This document shows positions 36,801 to 50,130 of a stretch of 64,000 nt of DNA, one piece after another (position 1 is the stretch's first letter; the number at the start of each line of letters is the position of its first letter). The position numbers were made by a program, and so were the translations under genes. The notes below the pieces were generated by a model. That model saw only the letters and a program-made list of their open reading frames with translations, ran no database searches and was not told the origin of the DNA. The stretch comes from Azolla caroliniana. Lineage: Eukaryota; Plantae; Polypodiophyta. The stretch covers positions 248,001 to 312,000 of the forward strand of contig JBHGNT010000011.1 in NCBI GenBank assembly GCA_043228905.1. The letters run 5' to 3'.

Positions 36801-39208
36801 CGTCAATAAAACTGACGAAGTAAGAGGCACCACCGAGAGACTAATGCGGCATTGGGCCACAGACGTCCGAGTGGACTAAATCGAGAGGTCTCGTTTCTCT
36901 TGGTGCTGATGTCGGGTGTGATGCGGCTGCTTGTTTGCCATACTGGCAATGTTCGCAGAATTGATGGTCCGAGAAGGAGAGTTTAGGGATGTATCCGGCT
37001 CTAGATAGGTGCGTAATGCCGGCCTTGCTGAGGTGTCCTAATCTTCTGTGCCATAGTGATGACACAGGAATATCCACCAAAAACAGGTTACCCTCTCTGA
37101 GCGTAACATGTAACGGATACAGTGAGTGTATCTTGGGTCCTCTAGCAAGCAGGAGGTTCCCCCTGTGGAGTGTCCACCCTCCCGAAGAAAAACCGGCACG
37201 AATGCCGTCTTCATCTAGTTGTCCGACTGAGATCAATGGCCTTGAGAGCTCGGGTACATGTCGAACATTGTGAAGTACAAGTGTAGAGCCACCTGCAAGG
37301 TTGAGCTCTACTGTGCCGATTCCAATGATGTCACAGTGTTGCGAGTTGCCGACTCGAACTGAGTCGGAGTGACGGATCGTATATTGCCGAAATTGGGATC
37401 GATGAGGAGTCACGTGAAATGACGCGCCCGAATCTAAGAGCCATGTGCTCGATTCTTCAGTCGTGAGCAGAACTTCTGATCCGACTGGATTTTCGATTGA
37501 TAGTATATTCGGGTCGTTTGGTAGCACATCAGCTGAGAAGCTGACGTAATTGATCTCCTCATGCCGGCCACTCTTCTTGTCTGATTTCTGAGACTTGTCG
37601 TTCTTGTTCTTGAGTGCGCGGCAGTCGGCTTTGATGTGTCCGGGTTTCTTGCAATAGTTGTAGATTCGATTATCCCGTGACTGGCTCCGTCTTCGCTGAT
37701 TGTTCGGCTGCCGTGAGGAATCTCTTCCTCGTATGTTCGATCGGTCTGTCGAACCTTGTACTACATAAGCGTCGTCTGTTGAGTCTTTGGCGAAAGACTT
37801 TCTCCGAGCTGCTTCGGTCAGAATTGCGCTCGTGACTTCGGAGTATTTAACAGCCGTGGTTGACGCGTTGCACACGGTTGTGACGAAAGTTTCCCATGAT
37901 GAGGGAAGGCTGCTCATGAGTATCATTGCTCTGAGTTCATCCTCGATTGCCGTCCCCTGAGATGAGATTTGGGAGCTTATGCTTTCGTACTCATTGAGAT
38001 GTGCTTGAACCGAATCTGATTCTTTCATCCTCAAGTTGTAGAGGCGCCGGATCAGGAACATCTTCGTTGCAGCGACCTTCTTTTCGTAGGTGTCCGACAG
38101 TGTTTTCCACAGTTCGAATGCTGTCGTACACGATTGCACCGTAAAGTATACCGATTCCGATAGGTGCATCCGAATTGTGGCGCGGACGATTCTGTCCAGC
38201 TTCTGCCACTCAATTGGTTTGTATTCTTCTGGAGGTGCTTCACTTTCGATGGGATCGATTTGCCCATTGACTATGAGATAATCCTGCATTTGCTCCTTCC
38301 AGAAGTTGAAGTTCGATCCATCGAACTTTCGTAGACTCATTTCTGACGAGCCGAATGTTGATGTCATGACTCTGCCCTAAGTCGGCTACGAACTTTGGTG
38401 AAGTGCAGCGGTTTGGCCCACTCAGTGTCGTTCTAGCCAAAGTTGGACACAAGTGATGTTGATTACGGAGAATCGGGGATTTGGTTCGGATTGACTACCG
38501 ACAATTGTCTTAGTCGAGTTGAACCTAGATTTAGCGATCCGACAGTACTTCAAGCCGATTCGGTTTTGGTTGACTGCAACGGTGAGAGCAATGGAACCGA
38601 CTGGTCCTTCCGATTATTGTCCAATCGAATGAAACGCGAACTGGGGTTGTCCTTGAAGTCGTCGTTGTGCAGGAAGCCCACCTCAAGCAGTTACGATCAA
38701 GGAAGTAGAGTACAGCCGACTGGCTTACTCCAAGTGATGATCTAACGCAGCGAGATTCAAGCTTGTGTTTGCCTACTTTCTTCTCTGTTTCTTCGAATGA
38801 CGCGAGAAACCGAATGCTTTGCAGACTAGGATGAAGCGAAAGGCCGAATACTGTGCAGGCTGTGATGACGGCCGACAACGGGTTGAGGGACCAGGCTCTG
38901 ATACCACATGTAGAAGACAAGGCCGTCAATGCGGAAGATCAAGTAGCATTCGATTGGGGTTGAGTACCTGCGTATGACAGTTTCCAAGATCGTGCACAGA
39001 GATAGAGAGAGAGAGAGAGGAGGCACACAAGACTCTTTCTATTCAATAGAAACAATAATACAACCAACCTTACAAAAAGGTTATTAGGTCACTTTATATA
39101 GTGACCGACTTAGGGCAACTACCATTTATGCTAATTACACAAATGGCCCAAACTTGAGCTATACAAAGGGATAGTGTGAATATGTCCATTATACACTTGT
39201 ATTCGACA
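33840..39208 (-). mobile_element. Young full-length Ty1/copia element; LTRs 33840-34141 and 38909-39208, TSD GTCAC, PBS-Met 38894-38906
   Basis: GTCAC at 33835-33839 and 39209-39213. The LTRs differ by two substitutions and one AG repeat unit by eye. Confidence 0.97.
34336..38367 (-). pseudogene. gag-pol polyprotein of the copia element, intact except for one in-frame TAG (36841-36843) in the integrase
   Basis: ORFs 38367-36841 and 36786-34336 are in the same frame (GPMPH*SLGGASYF). WLLDSGAS, IYVDDML and GYTDSDFAG are present. Confidence 0.92.
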
Positions 39209-39971
39209 GTCACCCTATTGCTTTTGAAAGTAAGAAGCTTGATGCTGCTCAATCTCGGTATTCGGTTCAAGAGAAAGAGTTGTTTGTGGTAATACATGCA
39301 CGTAAAACATGGAGGCACTATCTCTATAGAAATAAATTTGTGGTTGCAAAAGACCATCAATCATTGAAGTATTTTTGTGACTAGCCAGATCTTGTTGGTC
39401 GTAAAGGCCGTTTGGTTGACCTTATGCAAGATTTTGATTTTTTCATACAGTATCGCAAGGGTTAGACTATGCACACCGTTGTAGAAGCTCTTAGTCGCAT
39501 TAAAGAAATTAACATGTTTAGCTTCACGAAAATAAAATCTGATCTTTTAGATCACCTTCGAGGGAAATACCTTGATGACAGTTATTTCTCAAAATACTAG
39601 ATGAAAGCGGAACCTGGTTTAGATATCACTACTAGCACCCTACCCTCGAAGGCGACCTTTCAAATTACAAACGGTTTGCACTACCGTAGTGGAAAGGTCT
39701 GTGTACCAGATTTTCCGAACGTAAAACAGAAAATTCTTCATGAATGTCATGATGCACCATCTGCGGTTCATCCTGGAATACAACGCACACTCATTCTCAT
39801 CTTGAGTACGTTTTTCTAGCCTAAGATGCACTTTGACGTGCATAAATATGTAACTCAATGCTTACAATGTCAATTTAATAAGTCAGAACAACTTAAAGTT
39901 ACTAGTCTTTTATATCCCTTAGATATTCCCAACAACAAATAAGAAAGTATCTCTATGGATTTTATTGTTAG

Positions 39972-41321
39972 TGTTGAGAATCAAGCTCAACCTAGTCTAG
40001 TGTGTGAACACACCCTTAAGAGTGTGCACTCAAAGGTCAAAAGTCACCACTCTTATCTACACATTAACTATATGTCATAGGATCATACTCTATGACACAT
40101 TAACTAAGGTCAATACTCGCAGAGAGTCTGATCTCAACCAGATTCAGTGAACCACAAGAGCCTAAGAGCAACCAAAGCACATCTCCGCCAAGTCCAAAGA
40201 TGGACAAAGGGAAGGCCAAAATGTCGGAATATGAAGATGATCACTTCGACGGCAATGAATCGACTCATCCACTCGATAGTGAGTTCGATGGCTTTGATGT
40301 GTCTCTTACGAGGTCACCCGGAGTTGAGAAAGCACTCACATCGGCAAATGAGAAACTCTGTCACTCCACCCAAGAGAAGAATCTGGTTAACCGATTCAGC
40401 TACAGTGACTATATGGCATACCACTATGCCTTTATGATAAAGGTGGCACCAGTTCGAGAACCGGAGAGCTTTGTCGAAGCCGCTAAAGATCCGCAATGGG
40501 TTGAAGCGATGAACAAGGAGATGCAAGCTCTCAGCAAGAATGAGACATGGGATCTCGTCCCTCACTCACCGCACAAGAAGGCAATCGACTGCAAATGGAT
40601 ATCCAAAGTGAAGTATAATATCGATGGTTCCGTGAACCGCTACAAAGCTTGACTTGTAGCAAACGGCTACGCACAAACACAGGGCGTCGATTATGAAGAG
40701 ACCTTTCCCCGGTGGCAAAGATGACAACCGTGCGAACCGTGATAGCGCTTGCATCAGTGAAAGGGTGGCACCTCCACCAGATGGATGTCAAGAACACTTT
40801 TCTTCAAGGCGAATTAGAAGAGGTGTACATGATACAATCACCCGGCTTCCAATCCAACATTCATCTGAAAGTCATATGCTGAGTCAAGAAGCCCCTCTAC
40901 GGCCTTAAGCAAGCACCACGTGCTTGGCACTCGAAGATAACACAATATCTTCATCGAATCGGTTTCCGAATGTCAAAATCCGACAATTCTCTATATGTAA
41001 GAAGCGATTATGAAAGTCCGATCGTCATCATCCTATACGTGGATGATCTGGTCATTGGAGGTGCGCATCTAGTCGACATCAACAAGGTCAAATCCCTCCT
41101 TTCCAACAAATTCGAGATGACGGACATGAAAGAGTTCCACTACTTCCTTGGCATCGAGGTAATTTAGACTACAGCTAGGATTATGATCTCCCAACGACAC
41201 TACATTCTCAACTTATACAAGTTTGGGATGACTGAGTGTAAGTCTATGGCAACACCTCTCGACTAAAACCTCAAACTAGATGCCAATTCCGTTGTACAAG
41301 AATCACCATCGATTATTTACA
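39972..41321 (+). mobile_element. Internally deleted copia (same family as 1-2882) inserted in the gypsy integrase, TSD GTTAG
   Basis: Starts TGTTGAG and ends TTTACA; GTTAG at 39967-39971 and 41322-41326. Removal restores DFIVSLPRT. Peptide MDKGKAKMSEYEDD is shared with the first element. Confidence 0.9.
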
Positions 41322-44300
41322 GTTAGTTTACCTCGTACATAGAGGGGTCATGATGCCATTTGTGTTGTCGTTGACAAACTAACAAAATTGGCTAGATTTA
41401 TTCCTACCAAAACAACGATAACCGTTGAACAATTCGCTTATCAATTTGTTGATGAGTTATTTCAATTTTATGGATTACCGATGGATATTGTTAGTGATTG
41501 AGATTCCAAGTTTACTAGTGACTTTTGGACTGAAGTCTTTAAGAAACTAGAAACTACGTTGAGCATGAGTTCCGCAGATCATCATCAATTTGATGGACAA
41601 ACTAAACAAGTTAATCAAATTATTGAGGACACGCTTCGAGCTTATGTAGCAAAAACCCCTTCTAAGTGGGAGTAATACCTTCCTATCTTAGAATTGGCCT
41701 ATAATAGCTCTAAACATACATCCACTAGATAGTCCTTTTATATTGATGATTATGGTTTTCAACCACGTGCCCCAGTCAATGTCACGATTCATCGTGATAC
41801 ATTAGACAATACACGCATTTTTTTGCAAGACACGAACCAAATGTTGCATATTGCCAAAGAAATTCCGACTTTTGTTGCTTCCAGTCCTCTATGGTTTTGT
41901 TTTCCAAGAAGACTATGTCCCGACTCCTCACTACCTTCTTGTCGACTAGGTCCCATAGCCTATAACCAAACTCATCTTCTGAATATCCCATGAATATGCA
42001 TGGTTTCAACTTATTGTCGAGCTTTGACCTACATGCATGTACATTAGGCATCCAAACACCTTCAGGTGTCGGTAGGAGACATCCTTTCCTATCCACACCC
42101 TTTGTGGGACATCACCTTTCAACGGTACTAAAGGGGACTTGTTGATCAAATAAACAGTCATGTACATCGGCTCATCCCAGTATATTTTCGGTAGTTTAGC
42201 ATGCGACAACATGCTCCTTACTCTCTCCATGATTGTTCGTTTTATCCTCTTTGCAAGCCCGTTCAACTCAATGGTCTTCAGTACTGTATATTCGATTCGA
42301 ATACCTTGGGCCTTGCAATATTTTTGGAACTGCCCTTTATATTCGCCACCATTGTCGGTTCAGACAGCCTTTAACTTCCGACCTGACTCCCGTTCAGCTC
42401 TTGCCCACAACTTTCGATTGTAATCATTGATGAAAGTCACAAAGTATTGTCCGCCTCGATGTGACAGAGCATCTGCATAACACACATTTGTGTGTACTAG
42501 TTCCAATGCAGCTTCTCTTCTTCTTGGTGGCTGTGTGTGGAATGCCGCTCTGTTCTGCTTTTCGACTAAGCAGTCAACGCACTTGTCCAGGTGCACTCCC
42601 TTTACTTCTGGTCGGCCAACAGATGCATTCCCTTCTCACTCATGTGGCCTAGCCTCTTATGCCATATCTATCCTGTCGAGTCGGCTGCCACATTCACTTC
42701 CGACTTGCACAGTCGGGCTTGCATCATATACAATGTGCCTTCCTTCTGTGCTCGGGCTACAATAAGGTTTCCCCAATAGAATTTCCACTTGCCATTCCGA
42801 AAACTACTAGTGTAACCTTCATAGTTCAGTCTTCCAGTTGATATCAAATTCCATTTGATATCAGGGACGTGTCGAACAACCTTCAGAGTCAGTCGACACC
42901 CTGACGACGTCGTGAGGCAGACATTTCCGATTCAGGCTATCTTACACTCCCCACTATCACCCATCTTTACATAACTCTCTCGACGGAGTTATGTGGAAGG
43001 ATGCACCAAAGTCAATCACCCAAGTGCATTCTTTGCTTGCAAGATTTGCATTTGTCTGTTCACAAATGAACAAGAGTTCATCATTATCGATACTCTTCTC
43101 CTTTTTAAGGTGTTGGCAGTCAAGTTTTTGGAAATGTCCAGGCTTTCCACAATAAAAGCATACGAGCTTTCCTCTGGACTTCAACCTGGCTTGAGACTTT
43201 TCTCTCCTTGGTGGACTCCTTTGTCGATTCCTTCCTCTACCGATGTGTTGAGTCAAATTTGACTCCGACTGGACTAGGACACCCTTGTCCTTCCTTCTCG
43301 CTTCCTCATTCAGAATGCTTGTCTTCACCGCTTGTAAAGACAAGTTCTCTTCTTGACAAGAGGTGCTGATAGTAACCACTAGGTTCTCCCAGCTATCCGA
43401 TAGTGTGCACATCAACAGCGTGGCCTGCATAGCATCATCAAGAGGAAACTTGGTTGCAACAAGTTGATTTACGTACCCCATGAATGTGCTCATGTGTTCG
43501 ATGATGCTCACACTGTCTCTATATTTCAATCGTACAATCTTTCTCACCAGTGAGGTTTTATTGAGGGCATTCTTCCTCTCATATAGACATGACAGCTTTT
43601 GCCACATCTCCTAGGCATTTGTGTTGTTCGCCACATGCTGAAGGACACTTACATCGACGCATTGTCGAATGGTGGCTACTGCCTTTCTGTTAAGAAGTTT
43701 CCATTCCGACTCTAATACCCCTATGGGTATTTCTAATGTGTTGATCGATTCGTACAGGTCTTTAACTATAAGAAGGTCCTGCATCTTTATCTTCCAGTCT
43801 ACATAGTTTTGAGAGTTTAGAACTATCATTCCTGGGAAACCACTCACACCTCCTTCCGTGCTTGCACCTCAAGCTCTAATACCAGTTTGCTGAGAAAGGA
43901 ATCATCAATCCACAAGAAAAAGGAATATGTTGAAATACACAGCTCAGAGATACAGAAAATAGTGTACACAGATTTAACGTGGAAAAACCCTAAAGCGGGA
44001 GAAAAACCACAGAGAAAGGAGCTTCACTACAGAGTGGATATACAACTACGAGATCAGAATACAACACTCTCCCCACAAAGTGTAAACAACCTCAAAGGGC
44101 TCTTGGCGTATGTTGTTTTTAAACACATTTATGGCGCCACTCACTCACTCACACTCGCACACACTCTCTTCCCAATAGAACTACACTACAGAGGCTCACA
44201 CATCCATACACACAAATGTTCCATTTACCCTAGGTGTATTTATACTAATACACAGAATGGGCTATTTACAATCATGGCCATTATTATCCAAGAATAGTAC

Positions 44301-44428
44301 TCTTACTAATCAACCTACTCATTCATCGACTGTCGGGTCTGTCCGACTAGTCGACCTAGTCATCGACCATCTAATTGGCCCAACTAGCCGATCGTGTCTT
44401 CAACCTCAATCAACTCTCTCTAAGTCGA

Positions 44429-44978
44429 TGTTACCCCTAAGAATATACGATGAGGCATAAGGGTATGTGTAATGATGTGATTGATGTGTATGTATGATAT
44501 AAATGAGTGTCTGAGGATGAAATGTGTACGTGTATGAACACATGCACATTTGTCTGCATGTATACAAAGGTGAGAAAGTGGGTAAGTAATGTAACTCCCG
44601 ACTTGTCTCATTCTTTATTTGTAACAGTTACCTCTTGTACTATATAAACCCCACCCATGGGGCATAATGAAGGATATCTTTTTCCCCTTTCATTTTGTAT
44701 TTTCTCTCTCCTTCTCTCTCTCTCTCTCTATCATAACCCCCTCGGGAAGGGGCTAAAGCCATTCTAGGCTTCACCCCCCACCCTAACAACACTTTTGCCA
44801 CGCCTGAACAGCCGACCTCCCTTGAGAAGAGGTCACTTTCTCCCTCCCTCACTCTCTCGCTCCATCACTAATCCCTAACTAATCCCTCGTTCTCTCCCTC
44901 TCTGCGTGTCTATCTGTATCTGTGTTGGAGAGTGTCTATCTGTATCTGTAACTAGTTAGAACAAACCTTACTACAACA
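44429..44978 (+). mobile_element. LTR-like fragment truncating the neighbouring LTR
   Basis: Abrupt TGTTAC start, TATATAAA box and CT-rich tract. No TSD or PBS found. Confidence 0.5.
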
Positions 44979-45997
44979 CGGCCAGTACGTATGCGGCTGG
45001 CATTGAGAATAAGGAACAATTCTTCGAAACGGAAGGGACGGTTGTCGCTGACGAAACTGTTGGCCCTCTAAATTTTCGTACTATGTAGTGTTGGTACTAG
45101 AATCAACAAAATCAGTTGGAATAACGAGAAGTATCCTCATCGATTTCTCAATGTTTCACTTACGTAACCTTCTAGCCGAGGTCAATTTTGTCACTAAGAT
45201 TGTTGTTCTAGCTAGGCCTTCTTGCTCTCTGGAGCCAAGTGAAACACAGTGATCATTGGAATGCAGGGCCATGAACATGACGTAAGGGAAGGCCGAATCT
45301 ATCTCGAACCAAAGGTTGGTTCTCCGAGCTGCAAGTACCTACCCGCATAATTTCCTTTAAGAGACCCTATTGCATGAATAGGTCATTCCTTAACAGTGTG
45401 TGGAAACAATTTTAATAACATTATGGGGTGTACCTCCCCCTTATTTTATTTATTCTCGCATGAATCGAGTTCTCTTGCCAGAGAAGACGTCAAAATCTCC
45501 ACCGTCTAAGAAACGTAGGGTTGGCAAGCAAGAAGGGGAGGAATAGATGTAGCCAAGAACAAAAAAGCAAGAGAGGATAGAAGATAAAAAGGGAGATATT
45601 TTAGAGAGAGCGAGATTGAAAGGAATGGGAGAAAATTGAAAAGAATGGACACATGAGAAACATCCCCTCGTTAATCATGCCTTAGATTTGTAAGGTCAGC
45701 CTATGCTAAGTTTGATCATAGGATACCTCTCATTGGTCATGAACACATGAGAAACATCCCATCTTCGATCATGCCGTAGATTTGTATGGTCAGCCTATGC
45801 TAACAACAAGATTGGGGACACCTAATGGTAATCTATATGAATACCCTGAGAAGGGTTAACCCACCAAATGAATGGTGTCCAAACCCAGATATAGAACAAC
45901 ACGATAAGCAAGGTTTAGATGGATGTAAAATTAAATAAACATCAGGATATGATTTGGCATATGCAGGTACAATTGTTCACAATTGTTTTTATCTTAC

Positions 45998-48686
45998 CTC
46001 TCATGCCAAACATGAGCATGTCCAGGTTCTAATGGGGTCGCCTTATCTATTTTACACCATTTCTCAGTTGATTTTGCTGCACGCCCAAATGCATCATAGT
46101 GCTCCCACCATTTTTCATGCCATTCAGTACCATATCCGTTTCTCCCCCACATGCCAGCATTTTTCTCAATATGAAGAAGCCCAGATGATAAATCCTGCAG
46201 AAAATAATCAATCATGAAGTTTTAGTAATCCACAATCGTACATAGACCGGTCCTCACAAGAAGCAGACTTAAATATAATGGCAGTTATAGCAGCTTAAAT
46301 CTCTTCATATTAACTCAATAGGCCAAACAACAAGAAGCATGTAAAAAAAAGGAAAAATGAAGAGGTTCAATTAATAACAACGTCGAAACTTGCTCGCACC
46401 AAATGGACTATTTCACCTGATGGTAGAATACTAACTAAGTAGCATGATAGACATGAGAACATACCTGCCACATTGCTTCTTTCCAAAACTCCCGCCATAC
46501 GTTTCCAGTTGTATCACGACCTGACTTCTCAGCTCCGAGCTCCTTGTAATCAAATTTATCAAATGCCTCCCAGAACTTCTCTTCCCATTCAATTCCATCA
46601 AGATTGATACCCTTGATCACAGTCCATGAGCATGTAACTCCATCATTCCGCAATTCTTTACCTGTCTCTTTCCACCAATAGGATCCATCTCCATTGACAC
46701 CACTGTTCATACTTGCATTTGCATTATCTTGCTGCATAACTGAAGTAATTTGATTTGCCATGTCTGGAATGGGCATACTGGAGACCAAAGTTTCAACATC
46801 TTCAGATGTTTTAATAGCATTCTCTTGAACTTCTACAAGAGATTGGAGTGGTGGAAGAGAAGGTTTTGCTCTACTTTGGAATGCCAACAACCCAGTTTCC
46901 ATGTTTTCAAAGGGGATATCCAAAGAAGGTGACAATTTCTCTTTTTCAACGACAAGAGAGGATCTATGGGGCAAAATACTGGGCTCCAGATTTTTTGGTA
47001 TTTTACTTGTTTCATCTGTTTTCTTATCAGGAGGTGACCACGTCCAAAAATCTGGGCCAGGGGTTGCATGAGCTCCCAAGGAAAGATTTGTGGTGGAAGT
47101 ATCCTTAATCTGTTCCCCTTAGAAAACAAATATTACGAATCATGAAACAAAAGAAAAATAAGGACCAACAAGCTCTGTGATAGAACATGACAGTAGAAAT
47201 CTGCTCACTGTGATGTATAAAAAAGAATCATCAATGGACCAACAAGCTCTGGATTGAGGGTGTGGTGCATTGGATTGAGTTTGTGTCACATATAGATCAA
47301 ATGTTCGTGGTGGTTAATTGCAACAAATATCTATGCATTTCTCAAGTTAAGCCTCCTTCTCTTCACTTATAAGGATCTCCCATTTGCAACTTCTCCTAAC
47401 ATCAAGTAGCATGGTCTCATACGAGTTTTACTGAGGGTGTATTGAATGAGTTTATGTGATATATAGATCAAATGTCCATGCCTGCTCATTCCAACATATC
47501 TATGTGGTCTTCTCAAGTTAACCCTTCATCTCTTTACTTATAAGGATCTTCCATTTTCATTTTCTCCTAACATTGAGTAGTATGCCCTCTTAAAAGCTTT
47601 ATTAAGTGTGTTGGATGAGTTTGTGTAATGCATAGATGAAATGTTGGTGCCTACTGATTGCAACATATAGAAATAAAATTCAACATATTCTGGGAACAGA
47701 TGTTCACTATTGCCTGATCACTTTGTCCGTGGCATCCACTTCTTCAGTTAGCTTTACTTTCCAATCCATAAGAATTTGGGATGTCCAATTGAACCAACAT
47801 CAAGGATTTTTCTATTCGCAAAAAACCAGATGGAACACGTCAACATGTTTTTTACATGTAAGAGGACCTATCTAGACTACTTCTATGCTATGTTTGAGAG
47901 GAAATAACCAAAGAAACTCTCAAACAAAATGTGATTTGGTCACCTTCTGTGTAGACTGAAATAGCTAGCTCCTTGAGAACCTCATATCCTCATTGTTTAA
48001 AAATGAGAGGTCAAAATTTGATGTTTGCAGGTGATTATAGAGACCCAAAATAATTAGTGCATGAGGTTCTAGGATTAATGGTTAGACCTAAGAGAAATCC
48101 TCTTGAAAGAGAACCTTCAACAAAATTAATGGGTTACTGTGTTCCTTAAGACTGAAAATGAGCACCTAAGATTGAAATAGTCCATACCTTGGACTGCTGG
48201 TTCTTTCCCCTTCATAACATTATAATGGGAGATGGATTGCGCATAGGATGGAGGCAACGTGGCGGCAGAGTTCCTGAAAGTGGGTTCTTGCTTCAAACGG
48301 ACCGCATTGACGGCCGCAAGAGCAGCGGTGGCACGATCGATCACCTGCATTCGCTGCACCTTATCCCTCTCTTCAGACGGAACCCTAAGGATGTTCTCAA
48401 ACCTCTGTGCTCTCTTCTCCCAGTCCGCCGCAGCCTTCTCCTCACGACCATTCATAACCTGCTCATGCTCCAATGATGTCTGATGATGATGGCTTTTCTC
48501 CTCACCTCTGTGGAGCCGCAACTGCTCCTGCTCTTGTCGTTCTTTGGCGCGCTTCCACATGCTGAGATACGAGGATCCATCATGATGATCGCTGTGATTA
48601 GAGGAGGGAGAAGAAGAAGAATGTGGCAGTTGGATCATTAACGGTCGTCGGCAGGTCGGAAGCAGCGTTCCGGCAATTAGCGCCAT
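45998..48686 (-). CDS. LESV: LIKE EARLY STARVATION 1 (LESV)-family Trp-rich starch-granule protein. Exons 48686-48188, 47117-46465, 46194-45998; the final exon(s) are not found in the window
   Basis: YLSMWK, EERDKVQRMQVIDRA, TPGPDFWTWSPP, KELGAEKSGRDTTGNVWREFWKE and HAHVWHER match my recollection of Arabidopsis LESV. The GT..AG introns have compatible phases. Confidence 0.88.
47255..47670. repeat. About 2.5 diverged tandem copies of a ~170-bp unit in LESV intron 1
   Basis: GAGTTT[G/A]TGT..ATAGAT[C/G]AAATGT recurs at ~47277, ~47448 and ~47617. Confidence 0.75.
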
Positions 48687-48689
48687 GGA

Positions 48690-49125
48690 TGCAGAAGATG
48701 ATGATGATGATGAACAAGATGATGACGACGACGATCGCAGAGACAGAGACAGAGACAGAGACAGAAACAGAGCTTTGAGAGGTAGTGATGTGGGTGACAT
48801 GACATATAAATGCATGTATACAGACATAGTACATGTATGTATGTATGTATGTATGTATGTATGTATGTATTGATTTATTATCATGGCCTCCTTCAAATCA
48901 AAGACGAATAAGAACCCATAAATGGACATGGACATGGACATGAACCTGGGCATAGCCGCGGACGTGGGCTTGAACGTCGACCTGGATGCAGGCGTAGACT
49001 TGAACCTAGGCATTCGCATGGACATGGGCATGGGCCTAGACATGCACATGGATGTGGATGCGCACATGGACTTGAACCTACGCAATCTCATTTACATGGG
49101 CATCCATGCCTACACATGGACATGG
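48690..49125. repeat. Microsatellites (GAT, GACAGA, ATGT) and a degenerate hexamer array (GACATG/GGCATG/GACTTG) upstream of LESV
   Basis: Directly visible. They explain the spurious N-terminal extension of ORF 48126-49091. Confidence 0.85.
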
Positions 49126-50130
49126 CATTTTGTTTTCTAAGTGAGTTTGGAAAAGTTTCTAGGTTTACATTCACAATGTGTTTTTGTGATGCTCAAGTAC
49201 AAAGCAACTCCCATTGAACTTGCTTGTGTAGAATCTTCAAAGCACACCCAACATGCTTGAGTCTTGTGAAGTTCTCTCATTCTAGTCTCTACTTGATATA
49301 CGTAAAAAATCCAAGACCATAAAGTGGAGAAGGAGGGGTGGCATGTTTGATTAATTAGAAGGGGGATAACTATGTTTCAATCATAAAAAATAATGAATAT
49401 AAATGCTAAATATGGCTTAAAATAAAAACGCAAACTAACATGTCCTTCACTAGTTGGATGCTAAATTTCTCATCATGATCCTACTTTTACACTTGTTTGG
49501 ATACATATCAACCTTTTGCTAATCTTGAAGATGATTTTGCTTATTTTGAAACAAGGCAATAAGTTTTCGTCATGTAGCATGAATACTCATATAAGAAGTT
49601 TGCAAATTGATTCATATCCTAAGCACGCAAGAGATACACGAACGTATATTCATTCTTTTATTGATTCAACAAATTTAGAACAATATTAGAAGCTACTTCT
49701 ACAAATTTGTAATTGTACCAAAATGTTTATTGTACATGGTGTATCATTATAGCCCAACGGAAATGATTTTGTAAACACAAAATAAAATGAAAGTAGTGTA
49801 AATTGAGTATTTGGCACTTTCTAAAGGTTTCTTGGATCACATACACAAGTTCTCACTCAGTAAATGGGGCCCCTAATTTGATTATGAGACTTTTTGTCGT
49901 GACCCCAAATGCATGGAAAGGTTAATATGAGAAAGTGGGCATCAAAGATATAAAACAATCATAGACCTTTAATGAGCACTCACGTATTCCAACAAGTTGA
50001 GGATATGTTAGAAAGGAAAAGTTGCGGCATGGTGAAAAACTAAAAGGCAAATGAGAATTGGAGGTATGGTTGTAGAAATTGGAAATGAACAAACCCAAAA
50101 AGTTTTTTCAACACATTACTAAGATAGGAA

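Larger units (their letters stand above)
29290..41860 (+). mobile_element. Degenerate Ty3/gypsy element: 5' LTR 29290-29764, PBS-Met, gag-PR-RT-RH-INT. Interrupted by two copia insertions; 3' end deleted
   Basis: TGTTA..TAACA LTR followed by GCGGTATCAGAGC; [54 protein letters not shown] and SMDFIVSLPRT. Domain order RT-RH-INT. Confidence 0.92.
27027..44428 (-). mobile_element. Tnt1-like copia element stretched to ~17 kb by nested insertions: 3' LTR 27027-27607, RT/RNase H 27608-29289, INT/PR/gag ~41860-43860, PBS 43873-43884, 5' LTR from 43888 (cut at 44428)
   Basis: The two LTRs are clearly homologous (TG[T/C]TGAGAAAGGAATC..). PPT complement AACTCCCCCTTCACTC at 27608; KHIQRRYHW, LYVDDML and CFYCGKPGH motifs. 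Confidence 0.88.

Noticed and set aside
36841-36843. Programmed stop-codon readthrough
   Set aside because: The stop lies inside the integrase, lacks a CARYYA context and is explained by a single C-to-T change.
44965-45092. Possible CACTA element ends (TACTACAAC.. / ..TGTAGTG)
   Set aside because: The match is too short and no convincing 3-bp TSD was found.
45645-45805. ~95-bp tandem duplication
   Set aside because: Real, but an ordinary local duplication with no further structure.
48126-49091. 321-aa ORF as a complete protein
   Set aside because: The first ~135 codons are microsatellite and hexamer repeats. The real start is most likely the ATG at 48686, and the end runs into an intron.
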